Below, one piece after another: positions 38,741 through 52,829 of a DNA stretch of 64,000 bases (position 1 is the first letter of the stretch; each line of letters begins with the position of its first letter). The notes below the pieces were generated by a model, which worked only from the letters and a program-made list of their open reading frames with translations, was not told the DNA's origin and searched no databases. The position numbers and the translations under genes were made by a program. The stretch comes from Camelus dromedarius (lineage: Eukaryota): NCBI RefSeq assembly GCF_036321535.1, contig NC_087436.1, positions 98,582,001 to 98,646,000 on the forward strand, given 5' to 3'.

Positions 38741-39879
38741 TTAAGGGACTTAGGAAAAAGAAAAGGAGGATTGTGCCACAATGTTGGTACTTCTTTTATT
38801 TATTTTCTTCCAGCAGAGGATGGCACAAGATTATAAAATAGATGAAAAACTATCACAGCACCTAACCAGAATCTCAAAGCCAGGAGACCTTAGGGAATAT
38901 GGAGAAAATGGCCATTTGCAAGAAATCCTGTGGTCTCCTAAGTTTCGAGTGTTACAAAGGGATTTTTATAGATTTGGAAAGCTTTAAATTTTGAGAGTAG
39001 AGCTGGAGCTACAGAAATAATGATTTATTAGCCTTTTAGCTGATACATATTTTAACCTATTTTATCTCAAAAGGCTGATCTAAGGAACACCGGTTCTCTG
39101 TTTTTGTATCATCACTTTACATATTTAACATTATGTCTTGCCCACAAGCAATCAGTACAAATTATTGAAATTATCATTTGTTAAGAATTTTGGGGGTTGA
39201 ATTCCTCATCAATGATATGATGTTCTAAACAGAAATATTGCCCAAGCCCATCTAAAGTGGATGCAAAATCATTCACAAATGTTAAGTTATATCAGCTAAA
39301 TGCCACAAAACAGACTTAAAAGGGTCTATAATAATTCTTAGTTTTAGATTTCTCATTTTAATGATTTTAAAAACTAATTGAAAAAACTGTTCAGGAGTTC
39401 AATTAGATAATGGAGTGGTTTTATAATTACTTATTACAAAGTTATTTTGATGACCATGATAATATTTTCATATAAAAATATTTTAAAGTATTTTTGAGTC
39501 TTGCTGCATCTTTCAGGACCTAAATATGGGATATCTACAATTTTATTGCTATTACTTATCAGATTATCAAAGAATTTTTAATATGAATTTTGTTAGTTCT
39601 GAGTTCAGCTAATCAGTGCAGTATTTTTTTAAGTAAGTAAATATTTCAAATTTCAGTTGTAAATGCTTTAAAAAAACACTTCATAAAAGCACAGAGCATA
39701 TTGTGCTCAAATTTAAATCCAGGATTTGAAAGTAAAGTGATATAATGTAGGTGTGGAATCATGACTTAAAAAGAAAGATTGAACTAAAAAAAAAGCTATG
39801 TATAGACTGAATTGGAAAGTCCTTCAATATGCTGGTTATTTTCCATGTAATCACTCACAGCTTTCTCTGTATCCAGCTG

Positions 39880-40308
39880 ACTACGAAGACCTGAGTCTTG
39901 AGCTCTCTTGTCCTTGAACTCCCAGTTAAATTCTTCTGAAGGGAGGTGCTGGCCAGAGATTGCAGAGCAACAGCAGGGAGAGAAAAGCTCTTTATCCCAT
40001 TCTACTGTCACACATACACCCAAGTCTTCCCTGTCCACACGATCTTACTTTTTGGTGTGGCTGTTTCCTTTCCTCACGGCCAGGGTTCCGCTCCTGAAGC
40101 CCCTCTCTACTGGCTATAGCACTTAGCAGGCTCTATTAAAACTACTTCCTCCTCTCGCCCCTGCAAACTCGGGGAACTAACAACTTCCTGATGCTACTGA
40201 TCTCATCCCTTTTGGTTGGTTGTTCTCTGCCCACATCTCTGTAAAAAGATCTTCTTCATTAATTTTTTAAATGTAGCATCTATTTCCTGTCAGTATCTTA
40301 ATCAATAC
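39880..40308 (+). mobile_element. ERVL-class LTR (LTR33/16-like)
   Basis: taacaacttcctgatgctactga ... cacatctctgtaaaaga ... catctatttcctgtcagtatcttaatcaataca terminus. Confidence 0.5.
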
Positions 40309-40321
40309 ATCATACTTGGAG

Positions 40322-40513
40322 GAGTGATTCCTAAACATGGCTGCCATTCAAAACATTTGGGAAGCTTTGTAATAACACAGATTTTAAAATATACATTAAG
40401 GAAATGCTGAACCCTACTACCAGACCAGTTAAATCGGAATCTCCAGGAGTAGGGCTTGTACGTAAATATCTTTTTTAAACTTTCTGTATGTACTATCAGG
40501 GTTGAGAAATTTG
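40322..40513. mobile_element. MER5A-like hAT-Charlie MITE
   Basis: agtgattcctaaacatggctgccattcaaaac ... ccagaccagttaaatcggaatctccaggagtaggg ... agggttgagaaat. Confidence 0.7.
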
Positions 40514-40533
40514 CCGTAAAGTCTGTAGTCTCA

Positions 40534-40824
40534 GAAAATAAACTTACGGATACCCAGGGGGAGAGGGGTTGGGGAGGGATAAACTGGAAGTTCCGGATTT
40601 GCAGATAGTAACTATTATATATAAAATAGATAAACAACAATGACCCACTGTATACCACAGGGAACTATATTCAAAATCTTGTTAATAGCCTAAAATGAAA
40701 AAGAGTATGACAAGGGATATATATATCTATGTATAACTGAACCACTATGCTGTACACCAGAAACTAATACAACATTGTAAATCGACTATACTTCAATTTA
40801 AAAACTTAAAAAATTAAAAAAAAA
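40534..40824 (+). mobile_element. L1 3'UTR-only insertion
   Basis: gaaaataaacttacggatacccaggggg...cacagggaactatattcaa...acattgtaaatcgactatacttcaat plus polyA; 17-bp TSD taaagtctgtagtctca (40517-40533) / taaagtctggaatctca (40825-40841). Confidence 0.9.
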
Positions 40825-42239
40825 TAAAGTCTGGAATCTCAAGCAGGCTAAGATTCTTGGTATATTAACTGTGAAGGGAAATCTGAAATCTAAACCCTCC
40901 TGTCGCCACCATTTTTTCCATCAAACATGCTTTATTCTCATTTTGAGTAAATATAAATGTGTGAATTAATTATCCACAGATATGGAGAAGTGTTAATATG
41001 AAGATAAGATTTGGTCTCATTTATCATGGAGCATTGTAGCTTATTACTAGAAAGATGAAAATTCAGCAGATTTCTATGCTTCATCATGTAGAATAGATAT
41101 TAATATGCTCTATGTTGTAGTAGGCACTCAAATATGCTTTTAAGAATGATTGAAATCTACAAGGCATGTGAGTATTAAATGTGTTAGTCACTGCTGGGCC
41201 TCTGGATTTATTAAGTTAATTAACCTGATTACATTCAGAGTTTTACTATCAAGAGATAGCACACAGATACTGTTTGGGGCTGAGTATCATTTCAGCAGCA
41301 AGTTTCTCTTGGCCCCTCACACTTTCAGTGCATAACTTCCATGTTCAGTCAATTACCTACATAGATATTAAGTGTGTACCTCCTATGCAGATTTCCACTC
41401 ATCTCTGTGTTTAACATGTGTCTTGGTATTAGCCCCTTCTATTTGATCTATCAGTGCTGATGATATGATTTCGTGTTATATGTTTGTTGAGGATAAAACT
41501 ATGCCTATTTCTGTTGCTATGCATATCACTTCACAGTGTCTGAAATGTATGAAATTCAGACATCACTTACTTATCAAGCTTATTTCAACTGAATAACCTC
41601 CTGTATCTGGAGTGCAATATAGGTTTTTAAATACATAATCAATAAAAAAACTAGAAAGAAGTATTTTTGAGTAGAATAATAATTAAATTGACAGTTTTAA
41701 AATCTGCAGTATTTTAGACATTTTCATAAAATAATATAGCAACATTGCATTAGACATGTCTTTCAGAGTCTCAAATGCTCTACTGCCTGAATTTCATGTT
41801 ACAGTCATAACGCATGTCCTAAGAATCAAACAGAAGGTTAATTCCCTCAAAAATATTTCAGAAAAAAAAGTACCATGTGAGAAGGGATCTTGTCTGGATT
41901 GTTCAAAATTAAATCCCTTGCATCTACAAAAGTTCTCTAAACAGTAAGAAAAAATGAATGTTTGTTGGTAGAATGATAAAATAAATGAATGGATGGATTA
42001 ATTAGTTAATTAATCAAGAGAATGTGGATACATAACTCTGAATTCAGGGTCGCATTTCAGGCTGGAGACAAATATATGAGTCATAAATGTACAGATAGAT
42101 AAATTCATATTTGCATCCAGGATGAGATTCCTGGGAGAGAGAGTGTAAAAAGTACAAAGCTACCAACAAGGAGCCTAGGAACAATTCATCTCTCTGAGGC
42201 AAACTATATTTAGAATTTGAGAACAAGAGTAGAAACCCA

Positions 42240-42560
42240 AAAAATTTAACTCAGAAGGATAGATCAGTAAAGCAGGAGGGAGACCAGGAGTCAAAAGCAT
42301 CACAGACAGCAAGGGAATTTAACATTTGAAGAAGGGGGGGCAGTTCAGTCTTTTCAAATGCTTCTGAGAGAGGGGAAAGTCAGACTCTTGTTTTTTGTAG
42401 TAGGGAGGTCAGTGGTGATATATACATGAACAGCTTTAGCAGAATGCTGGGGCAAAAGTTCAGCAAAGAAAATAAATTTGGAAAGTTAAAATGGAAGATG
42501 GCAAACTTTGAGTTTTGTGTGAAAAGTGACAAAAAACAGGGCATTACCTAAAAACAGATA
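42240..42560 (-). mobile_element. L2 fragment
   Basis: gcaggagggagaccaggag ... tcaaatgcttctgagag ... ggaggtcagtggtga. Confidence 0.55.
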
Positions 42561-42572
42561 AGGAGTCAAGAC

Positions 42573-42641
<69 letters not shown>
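42573..42641 (+). repeat. Interrupted (TA)n microsatellite
   Basis: Directly visible. Confidence 0.95.
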
Positions 42642-43084
42642 ATGTTATAAGTTCATAGGAATTATGCCTTAGTTTCACAATAGATATACATCTTAAATAA
42701 ACCTGGAAGAAGTTAATTTTATTTAATCTATACTGAGAAGTAAATAGTTAGTGGGAGATGCCAGCCATCTAGATATGGAAAAGACAAAAAACAAGCAAAC
42801 ATCATTTCACACATATAAATTCAAGGATACATTGAACCGTTTCCATTTATTATCTTGAATAACAACCTATTTAAAGGCACTGGAAGCCACATGGTAATGA
42901 ATTAAGGTGACTAATCCAAAAATATTTTGCCTCTAAATATGCTATGTCACCCTCTATATTTTACCGTAAGAACGTATGCATAGGTCTATGCTAGTCTAAC
43001 TATGGTGCAATTATCTGTTTAACTCTTGACCTCTACCACCAGAGTCTGAGAATTCTTACACCAGAAATCCTGTCTTTTAGCGAT

Positions 43085-43330
43085 AAATAGTGTAGTTTCT
43101 GGGGTTCTAGTGCCTGGATTCAAATTGTACTCTGCCCCTGATTAGCTGTGTAACTCTGCTTAAGTGAGCTATTTAACTTTAACCTTCAATTTGCTTTCCT
43201 CTGCAGCGGGCATTATATTAGCATGCACCTCGTATGATTTAGCCAGCTGTATCATGACAAATAAGTGTCAAGCTTTTAGCTCAGTACAGATGATGAAGTA
43301 CCAAGTAAAGTTGGTCAGTATTATTAGTAT
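43085..43330 (+). mobile_element. MIR SINE, apparently inside an L2 3' end
   Basis: tgcctggattcaaattgtactctgcccctgattagctgtgtaact; L2 tail cacatagtggacactaaaaatag...tgaatgaatg follows. Confidence 0.7.
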
Positions 43331-46300
43331 TCCCAGGATCGTGACTATGTTTAGCACATAGTGGACACTAAAAATAGTTCTCTTAATGAAGCAAGCAACT
43401 GAGTGAGGAGATGAATGAATGGCATCACACCTGAAATCTCAACCCAAGAATCATTAAAGGATCAGACATCAAAGACAATGATAGTGTTTCTTGAAGATCC
43501 ATGTCAGGGTGCCTGTGTTCTTGGGAGCAGCATGGAAGGTCTTGGTTGCCGAAAGTGGTGATTCTGAATTGGGAACAGGTCCAAGAATGTCATAATTTTG
43601 CTTAATCTGTTTTTTGACACCTAGTTCAGGACCAAGAAGGGATGTGTAGTCCTGATAATTATAACAAATACAAAATCTTGATCAAAGCAAGAGATGGAAT
43701 ATAGCTTCTTGGCAAAGAAAGGAGGATAGAATTGAGCCTGGAGATTTAGTAACGAGCAGGTGGTTTGCGTAGGTGTCTTTGGTACTTGATTTAGAATACA
43801 GCTGGGCTCCTGGGATATAAAGACATAAATACCCTTGGAAGAGATCACTTAAAATTTAGCTACCAAAAATGTAAGTGCTTATTTATCATTTTGACAGGTT
43901 ATGTAATTTTTAAATGAAATTATACACTGTCACTTGGTATCTATAATCTAAATGTGACTGGTCATAAATATTTGGCTTAAAATGTAGTAATTTCAAGTTC
44001 TAGTGAAAAATAGAATTAATTATCTTACAATATAATCTCCCTTTTGGGGGGTAAGTATTTGTATGAGTTTAGTGATTCAGGATAATACTGCCTGCATTTA
44101 CCTCCAATAAGTTGAACTTCTAAGTCTATGGGGAATTTTAAGTACAGAGCAAACACCATAGCTCTCCAATGGTTATAACTTAAGTTTTTTGGTATTGTCT
44201 TGAGATTTTTGGTCCTCTTACAAGCAATTTTTGTTAGATTTTAAGAATACATTTTGTCAAAGAAATGAGTACATAAAGAAAGGTCCTGACAGAATTGGAA
44301 AGATGAGTCATGACAGGGCTGTGGTTAAGAAACTTTAAATACAAACTTACTTTTATTGCTTGCAGAATATATTTCATAGATTCACCTGAGGATATAAAAC
44401 TGATGAATTTCCCTCTAGGCTTATCCGTGAACAACAAAAAAGAAGTGAATTTCCATTTCCTCACAGTAAATTACTCTTTGATCTTAGCTGCATAATATCC
44501 TTGTGATTGTCATTAGCTATTTTTAAAAAGTGCCTCTCTTCACATGGGTAATTGAGTTTAAATAGTTGAAGCCAGTTTGCACATTGAAACTCTGTCAGAA
44601 TGCCTCCAGAAATTAGTAAACAAAATTGCATCTTCTCTAAATTAGTGAGAAAAAGCACCAGCTGACTGCTATCATCTGGAAGCTCACAGAGATAGAGGAA
44701 CAAATGATTCTTAAGTAAATAACAGCATTCCGGGCACAGAGTACTGACACAAGGGTAAGGCATGGGATGACATTTACTGGTCTTTATTGGTTTTCTTCTC
44801 AAGAGCTATGAAGTTTGTCAGGTTTTGGTAAATGATCTTTGTCTCACGTTGAGAGAATGTAGACTCCTTCAGACTGCTGTTCCTCATGTAGTGTTCATAT
44901 TATTTAGACGGAAATTTTGGTCAGAAAACATCCTACATTATCTGGGGCATCTGGCCCTTCTTTTTACTGCTGTTGTTATTATTATTCTTACTCCTGTTTT
45001 GGTTCTTGTTATTTTGGAGCAGAAGATGATTATTATTTACCTGCTTGTTTAATTTTGTCAAGACATTTTTGAACTATGAGTTTTAGGAAACAAATTAGAA
45101 GTGAAATTGGAATAACACAGATATTAACTAGGGACCTTCTATTTTACTCTCTTAGATGAAAAAGTTGTACTGTGACATGGTAAATATTTGAATATTTAAT
45201 TATGAGGCAGAATATCAATCGGTTAAAGTTTTCAAGTAATTAGCCATATGAGACACTATGTGAACCTCCTTTTGAATAACACAAGTAAAATTGAACTAGA
45301 ATTATTTCACTTATGGTATTTAAAAATAAAATCCACTATGTACAATATATTAGGATTGTAAAAATCTATTAAAAATTTACAAAATAAATGAGCACCTTGG
45401 ATACGTATTGGAGAAGGAAGCACCCAAAGATGGAATATGTCTACTTTTACAGGAACAGATAAATCTCTTTCATCTTCATGGAACCTCTTTAATTTCTCAT
45501 AAACAGTCTGGAGCCCTTTACTACTGCTTTTCCTATTTAGTTTCATATCTCACCTTTAGAGTGCTGACACCTTATTTGGAGTCAGCAGATGTTCCTTTGA
45601 TTTTCCCTCCCTATCCAAGTGCTCCATCTTCCTCCTTTATAATGTGAAGCCCCAGCTCACCCTTCACCTGTCATATTACGTTATTCCTTGCCCTCTCCTT
45701 CTCCCTATCTCTGAATTGCAGTGCCCTAATTGTTTCCTGCCTATCATGCTGCCCTAATTTTTAACAGCTTATTTTACTGTTCTGTTTCTTTGGATCTGAA
45801 TCCTTTTGTCCTTCATCCATCTTTTCATTTGAATGTGCAGGTACACGGACACATTTATTTCGGGATCAAAATTTGAAAAGAACAGGGAATGGTTACAAGG
45901 ACACAAAAAAACATAATCTGTTCCTTTCCTTGACTTTTTTCCTCAGCATGTCTCCAATTTTATTATTTAAATGAAATGCACTAAATTTATAGAGCTCTCA
46001 ATTAAAGTAAAACATCTTTAGAACTACTTAGAATATTAAAGGAAACTCTGAAGTACAAAGAACAAAAGAATGTGCTTTTTAATCATTTTGTAGTCCAGCA
46101 GGCCACAGTGCCAAAAAAATTAATGCACTGTGTTTTCTGTTATTTCCTAAAGCAAACTGTGGCCAACTTAATTTAAAAGTCACTAAGTTAAAGAGTAGGC
46201 TTTTCAAAAAAATGTATATAGACATTAACATAATCTTTATTTTGGTGTTAAATAAAATATTAAGTTCAAGAGTCATAAGGGACATTTGGATAAAGGGTAG

Positions 46301-46685
46301 TAAGAACCTACTCAACTTAAATTTTAGAAACTTAGATATGATTGATGCTAGTGGTTATTTGATTACAAACAGGAAACTTGACTCCTAGGCAAGACAGTGA
46401 GTTACACAAATTGCAAGAGAAATTTGCTAGAAAAACTAGGGCTTTAGAGATTCCTGACTCCAGATTGAGTTCTCTGGAACAAAGTACGTGGTTGGACTTT
46501 ATTCCCCCATCTCTGTGATTCACATCCCAGAAAACAAACACACGCTAAACAACAATAAAGTCATTGTGAATATTTTGTTTGGTTCTATATTAAATTTTGA
46601 TATCTGAGTTGATACTTTCTGAGCAGTGCTCTACTCAAAGAAGTCATTTTTATTATACTGACATAATCATACCTAATATTCCAGA

Positions 46686-47005
46686 CCATGGGTCTGTAAA
46701 CTTTATCTTTAAAGGACCAGATAGTTCATATTTTAGGCTTTTCAAGCTATCTGATTTCTTTTGCAATTACTCCACCAGGCCTTTGTGGCACTAAGGGAGC
46801 CCAAACACAATACCTAAACAGAAGAACATATCTGAGTTCCAATTACACTTTATTTATGGACACTGAAATTTAAATTTCATTTCATTTACCTGTGTCACAA
46901 ACTATTATTTTTGTTTTCGCTTTTTTTTAATCCTACCCTTAAAACATAAAAAATAATGCTCAGCTTGTAGATCGCAGAAAAATAGTTCATGGATCAGATT
47001 AATCC
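46686..47005. mobile_element. MER58-like hAT-Charlie MITE
   Basis: ccatgggtctgtaaactttatctttaaaggaccagatagttcatattttaggcttt ... actttatttatggacactgaaatttaaatttcat. Confidence 0.8.
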
Positions 47006-47154
47006 AAAACACTGTTCTTTCCTGAGTGGGAAATCATGTTAGTGAACATAGAAGTATGGTTGGAAAACTCAGTGATGTCTTCTACTAAAAACATAATTTT
47101 AAAAAAATTCAAGACTGATTTTCTTCTTAGAAATACACAGAATATGGATGAGGA

Positions 47155-47375
47155 AGAGACACTCATTGAGAGGGCATATTATACCAGGCACTCTTTAAAT
47201 ACACTGCAGATATGCGAGCAGATGTGGGTACCACACCTGTGAGCTGAGAATTGAGAATAACAAGGCTAATAGGAAAGGGTTAACTAACTTACCCAGGAAC
47301 ACTCAACTATTAGGTAACTGAACTCAAGGTTCGAATCCAGACCTGTTGGACTCTAGAGCCTAGGTTCATTCCACT
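47155..47375 (-). mobile_element. MIR SINE
   Basis: cattgagagggcatattataccaggcactc ... aacttacccaggaacactcaact ... ggttcgaatccagacctgttggactctagagcc. Confidence 0.7.
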
Positions 47376-48439
47376 CACGATACTGAAATAGAGTTAATGT
47401 TAAATAAAGAAAATGTATGCAGTTTGATTCCATGTAATATATGATGCTCCGTCCAAAAAGTCTGAGATTGATTAGCGGTGACAGCATTTCAGATATCATT
47501 ATGCAGAAGAGGCTGCTGCAAAATTCCCCTTGCAGAGAAGACAAAAGCTTTGGGGAAAGGATGAAAGTATAAGCTTGGCCAAATCTACTCAATAAAACTT
47601 GACTTGCCCTTTATGTTTAAGCAGCTAAAGGCCACAGGGTGGTCTGAGTTCAAAACCGCTGCCTACCCCGATGAAAAGCGGTCTTTAGGAGTGATCAGGA
47701 GTCCTCTGCACTTCTCTGCAGCCTTGTTGATGATGAGAGCAGAGAAGCAGTTCTAGGAAACTGGCAAAAACGCACATTTCCTTAGTTTTGCTGTCTCTGC
47801 AAAACATTGTGCACAGCTGTACTCAAACCCATTAGCTCAACCTTTCAGAAAATTCTCTCACAGAAATTGCTTAGAGGTACATAGGCTGCCAGTTGCTGTG
47901 TGTTTTGAGAGCTTTACCTGTCGGAAGCAGGCTCAGCACTCCTTTGCTTAATTGGTCTGTAGAGACTGGTCATTTTAGAGGAAGCAGTTCCACACCTCAG
48001 AGAGAATGACATCTATCTAGGCCCATAATCAGCTAATTTAAAGAAAGGGAATTCGAGTCTCTCCAGGGGATGCTTACTGTCCAGTCTGTGCTGAGATGGG
48101 TCGAAAGGCTGCAGAAAGCACTTCAAGCCATGTAAAATTCAGGGGAAACTGGGAATAGAGAAAAACAGTTTTCAAAATACATGAAGTCCCTTACTTTAGA
48201 ATGCAGGCGTACAGTTACCTCGGAGCACACCAAAATACTGAAATTTAAAACTGAGTATCTGATTTTGATTACAGATGACCGAATTGTGATATTTCACATT
48301 TAGTTCTAGCATTGTCTACCACACAGGGTGATTTTCCTAAGATCAATGGATTTTAGCAGTGCAAAATGATCAAAAGCGTAGAGCAAATTAGACCTCAAAT
48401 CATAAGGATGTGCCAGGTAATGCTTTAGGGGGTAGAAAT

Positions 48440-48560
48440 GGAAAATATCCACTCACTTCCTAAGACCCTGAGTTGGGTCCTAGTGTGCCCCTGCTAACAA
48501 TGCAACTTCAGGCAGCTTACTTAACCTCTCTGTGCTTCTGTTTCTTTAACCTAAAAATCA
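48440..48560 (+). mobile_element. MIR fragment
   Basis: agaccctgagttgggtcctagt ... ttacttaacctctctgtgcttctgtttc. Confidence 0.6.
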
Positions 48561-49110
48561 AACTTAATTGAATTATCTTACATGACAAAATACAGTTAAA
48601 AATCCTTATCTCCAATTTTACCTGTCTACTTTTTAAAAAGACTTTTATTCGTGATGAGTTTTTTAAAGGTGCATCTCCAAGAGTTAACAGCCATGGATCA
48701 AACCACAGCTAGTTGGTGAATATGAAGTGAAAAACAAAACAAAATGCAGACAATTAAATCAAATAATATATCCTTAATGCTTTAAATATAACATTTGAAT
48801 CTTACTATTTTGAATTAAAAGTAAGAAATAGTCCTTAAATGCATTCTAGAGGCATGTGAGTAAGAAAATGCCAAAATGACTGCTAAGCAATTATAATTTC
48901 TCTTGAATATTATAAAAAGCTTCTATCATTCCGTAAGTGATTATTGAAAAGTCCAGAAATTATTATATAATTCTACTTTATTTTACAATGAACACTCTTT
49001 TGAAAAATAAATCCAATAAAAATGAATAAACTCTTACAAAGAAAAAAATAACAATGTAAAATACATATGACAGTTTTATTCAATTCTCACTTTAGAAAAT
49101 ATTATAAAAC

Positions 49111-49722
49111 TGTTACAGGGAAGAAGGGAATAAAAGTTACCTCGGTTCTTAGTCACCCCAAAAATATGAATTTCTAACAGGAGACAGACAATGTAATATA
49201 AACAGCAGCTTTTATTAGTGAAGTAAAAAGGTAGTAAAATATAGTACACCCCCAGGAATTGGTATTGGGCCAATTCAAGAAAAGAAAAACGGCATGGCTC
49301 CTTTGTTTTTCCTGTTCTTATATCCTGGCTTAGGGGACGTTCTCCTGATTGATTATTGATGGCTTCCGTTCTTTGAGAGCTCAGGATGACTGACAGCTCA
49401 TGTTCCTTGTGCTCAGGCATGCCCATCTCTTTTATGCATGTTTTTACCCATGATGCACACAGAGAAACCTACTGGTGGGGGCTCAAACTGTAATGTTAAT
49501 TATATTATAGTGAGCATTGGGTCAAGTTAAGCCGGGCATTTCTCTCTACTGTGCAGCTGCAGCAATCGATTCTAGTCAGCTTTGCTGGCCTTCATTTAGA
49601 CAAAGTAAAATTTTGACGGGCCCCTATCCTGAGTACAGGCATACTGCGTGCTGCGTTCTCGGTTGCTCCCTGCCCCTTCCTCTCCCCTTGCCTGGTGCTC
49701 ATTTCTATCTAACTGCCTAGCA
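49111..49722 (-). mobile_element. ERV1-class solo LTR
   Basis: TGTTA...TAGCA termini; imperfect 4-bp TSD aaac/aaat; AATAAA on the minus strand near 49210; GC-rich body. Confidence 0.7.
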
Positions 49723-50268
49723 AAATCAAGCTAAAATACTAAAAGAACACTCAGAGATAAGTCTTTAAAAATTCAGTCAGAACCATTAGAAATTGAAATA
49801 ACCACATATTATTATAAAATTATAGTATATAAGGGAATAATGATGGCCATTATTTCAGATGAATTGTGTGGTTAAAAACTAATGTGACGTAATAGAACAA
49901 ATACGAGATGGAAAAATTCAGGACATTGGAGCATTTAAAAGGGAGAAAAAGTGCTTAGAAAAAATCTAAAATATTATTTAATTGGCAAACAAATGTTATT
50001 CTATTTCATCAGGTGTATAAATAAGACTGGTTTAGAATTTAAAATAATATTCTATAGTTGGATATAAATGATTATGCGGGCTATGTTTACATTTGTTTAA
50101 GTGGTGCAAAGTGGTCTGATATTATCAGATACAAAATAATGTATCAGCAGTATAAAATAAACAAGGATTTTAAAGAAAATAATATTTTCAGATTATTTCA
50201 TAATTTTGGAATTAGTAATAGAATATCTTAGCAGTCTCTATATTTAGACTAACATACAAAAAATTAGT

Positions 50269-50740
50269 TGTATCAAAGCAAAAAGTGTGCGAGATAAAGT
50301 TAAAACAAGCAAGAAAGACTTTATTCAAGACTATTGTATTGGTGGAGACAGGCGATCATAGACCACTTGTGTTTGCTAATTAGCCTTACCCAAAGAAAAA
50401 GTAAATTGTTCTGTAGCTTTATGATTTGAAGTCCTTTTACAACTTCGATCAAGGCACCCAGTAAAGTTAAGCCTCTCCCCTCCCACAGAAACTGGTAGGG
50501 TGCCATCTTCCTTGATTACATTTTAAAGGCTCGGGTCCTTGAGAAAGACAGTCCTGGGTTGTAAAACTGCCCAGAGGCTTTTTAAAAGTTTTAATTCTCA
50601 CAGGGACAGAGAAGAACTTTTCAGTTACAAGTTTTCTAAGGTAAACGTTCTAAGAAAAGGGAGGTCAGAGGCCTTGATGCAAAAAGAAGTTTCTCTAGAA
50701 GTTTAGTCAAGCTGAGGGGAATCTTAAGGACTTCTGGTGA
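50269..50740 (-). mobile_element. ERV1-class LTR
   Basis: gcaagaaagactttattcaagactattg ... ccttgagaaagacagtcctggg ... gtttagtcaagctgaggggaa. Confidence 0.65.
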
Positions 50741-51420
50741 GTCTAGGTAGTAAGAAAGTGTCCTTTTTTTTTTTTTTTTCCAGAATCCCTTATTGCTATA
50801 TAAATAGGTGCACCTTTAGGTAAGCTACAATAGATTGATAGCCACTCTGAGGGCATGCTAGATGTCAGCAGGCCAGAAGGCAGTTCGTGGTGGAGGCTAG
50901 CCCAGTGTCTGCATAGTGACTGGCTCCAGAAGTCAGTTTAGATTAGGAAAGACACCGATAACTCAACAAACCAGAGGAAGACATAGCTAAGAAAGCAAAG
51001 ATTAAACACAAAATAAATAGATTAATTACAAGCAGTCTAGAGGTAGTAGATTAAACAGAGATAGACAAATGTGGAGCTAGAAGATCTGAAAGTTACAAGC
51101 ACAAGCATCATTCATTGGCAGTCATCCTTGCATTAACTTTTATGTTTAAATCATAGTAGCTGCTATTAAAATCCCTATGTTCTTTGGGAGGACTTTATGG
51201 ACCACACTCACACATGTGGTTGCCCAAACCCTGAAAGTTATTTACATACTGACAGAAGCATTTAAAATTGTAATGGCTAAAATGCCACTACTTCCCTAGA
51301 TCTGGGCTTCCCCAAGATTTCTCACTCCCCCAAACCCTCTGAGAAAGTAGGGGAGCTAGACTGAAGAAGGTGCCGTGTATCACAAAATCATACTTCTCCA
51401 AAAGTTTATGCCACGGTGAA

Positions 51421-51550
51421 TTAGTTTCCCAAACTGGCTGCACATCAGAATGGGATTGAGGATTAGCAGTGGCACAAACTTGGCTCTACCTCAGATCCCT
51501 AAGCTAGTATGATGTAGTGAGGGGTAATGTATGGATAGATAGCTATATTC

Positions 51551-51594
<44 letters not shown>

Positions 51595-51657
51595 TTCAAA
51601 TCTACCCTCAAAAGTCAGCCAATTCACATGCTGCAATCCAGAATTTAGAAACCACTG
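51421..51657. mobile_element. MER5-like hAT MITE containing (CTAT)11 at 51551-51594
   Basis: gtttcccaaactggctgcacatcagaat ... gcaatccagaatttagaaaccactg. Confidence 0.65.
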
Positions 51658-52829
51658 AAACAGACCACCGAACTCCACTGGTTCTTGGCAAGGGAACTGG
51701 CCAAGGCTAAGGACTGGCTGCTGGAAGTAGATAATTCTTACATCCAAATCAAACTCACTCAAGACACTGAGGATTCTGACATTAAAGGAGCTCAGTGTTT
51801 GGCTTTCAGTATCATGATCTTTTAACAGAGTCAATATGTGATGAATCATTAAGTGAACATCTGAATTACTTGAAGAAGATACTCAAGACATTATTATTAT
51901 AGTCACTGTTCTATCCTTCTCCTTAGCTGATCCCTAATCCTCCACCCTCTCCTGTCAGAGTCTTAATCCTTTATGCCAAAGCCAATTATCTTCCAATAAT
52001 GAATTAGACCAAAAGAAGATTAATAAACTGCAATGCACAAAAAGTCAATCTATACATTGTAGCAGGAACAACAATAACAACAAAATATTACTTTACACAA
52101 ATAAATTTATATGTGGGAAAAACCAATCTAAAGGAAAGTAGACTGGAGAAGGGGCAGTAAACTAGCTAGACCATGGGTTATTTTCCTCTTAATATGGAAA
52201 ATAATGAGTATGATATATCCTAAGTGAGTGGACTTTACTGAAAACATTTAAAGTTATTAACTTCACCAGTTATGTTCTTATCAGTTATTCTATTGTTATG
52301 GAAATGACAGGCCAGTGAAGAAACAAGCACCACTCGGAGGGTTGGAGTACTCAGATGTATTACACAGGCGGGCTCAGAGGGGCTTCTGCTCCAAAGCTCT
52401 GAGCACCTTCAAGACGTGCGCATGAGATTTTATAGGGTAAAGCACAAGCTTGGGGGTATTCAGCCAATAGGCATGGAACAGCTTTAGCAGCATCATTATC
52501 ACAAAAGTGGAGGCAGGGAGGCAGCAAAGCAACATTCCAAAGCCAGATATATATCTTTGAAAATCCAGCTGGCTAGCAAAAAACATGAACAGCAAACCAA
52601 CACTAATTAACTTGGATTTACAAGTTAGTCCAGCAGAACTCAGATCAGTATTCTGATACTTAGATATATGAGTTATCTTATTAGCCCAGCCCGGCTTTTC
52701 CTTCACACTATACCTAACCTAATGAAATTTCTAGAACCTTGGCAATCAATGTATACTATAGCTATGCTAATCAAACTATGATTAGATGTGAACCAGGCTT
52801 AATCCACAAAGAAACTGGGTGTAAGTATT

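Noticed and set aside
50115..50147. Small palindromes (ctgatattatcag...gtatcag)
   Set aside because: Too short for a miRNA-type hairpin; expected by chance in AT-rich sequence
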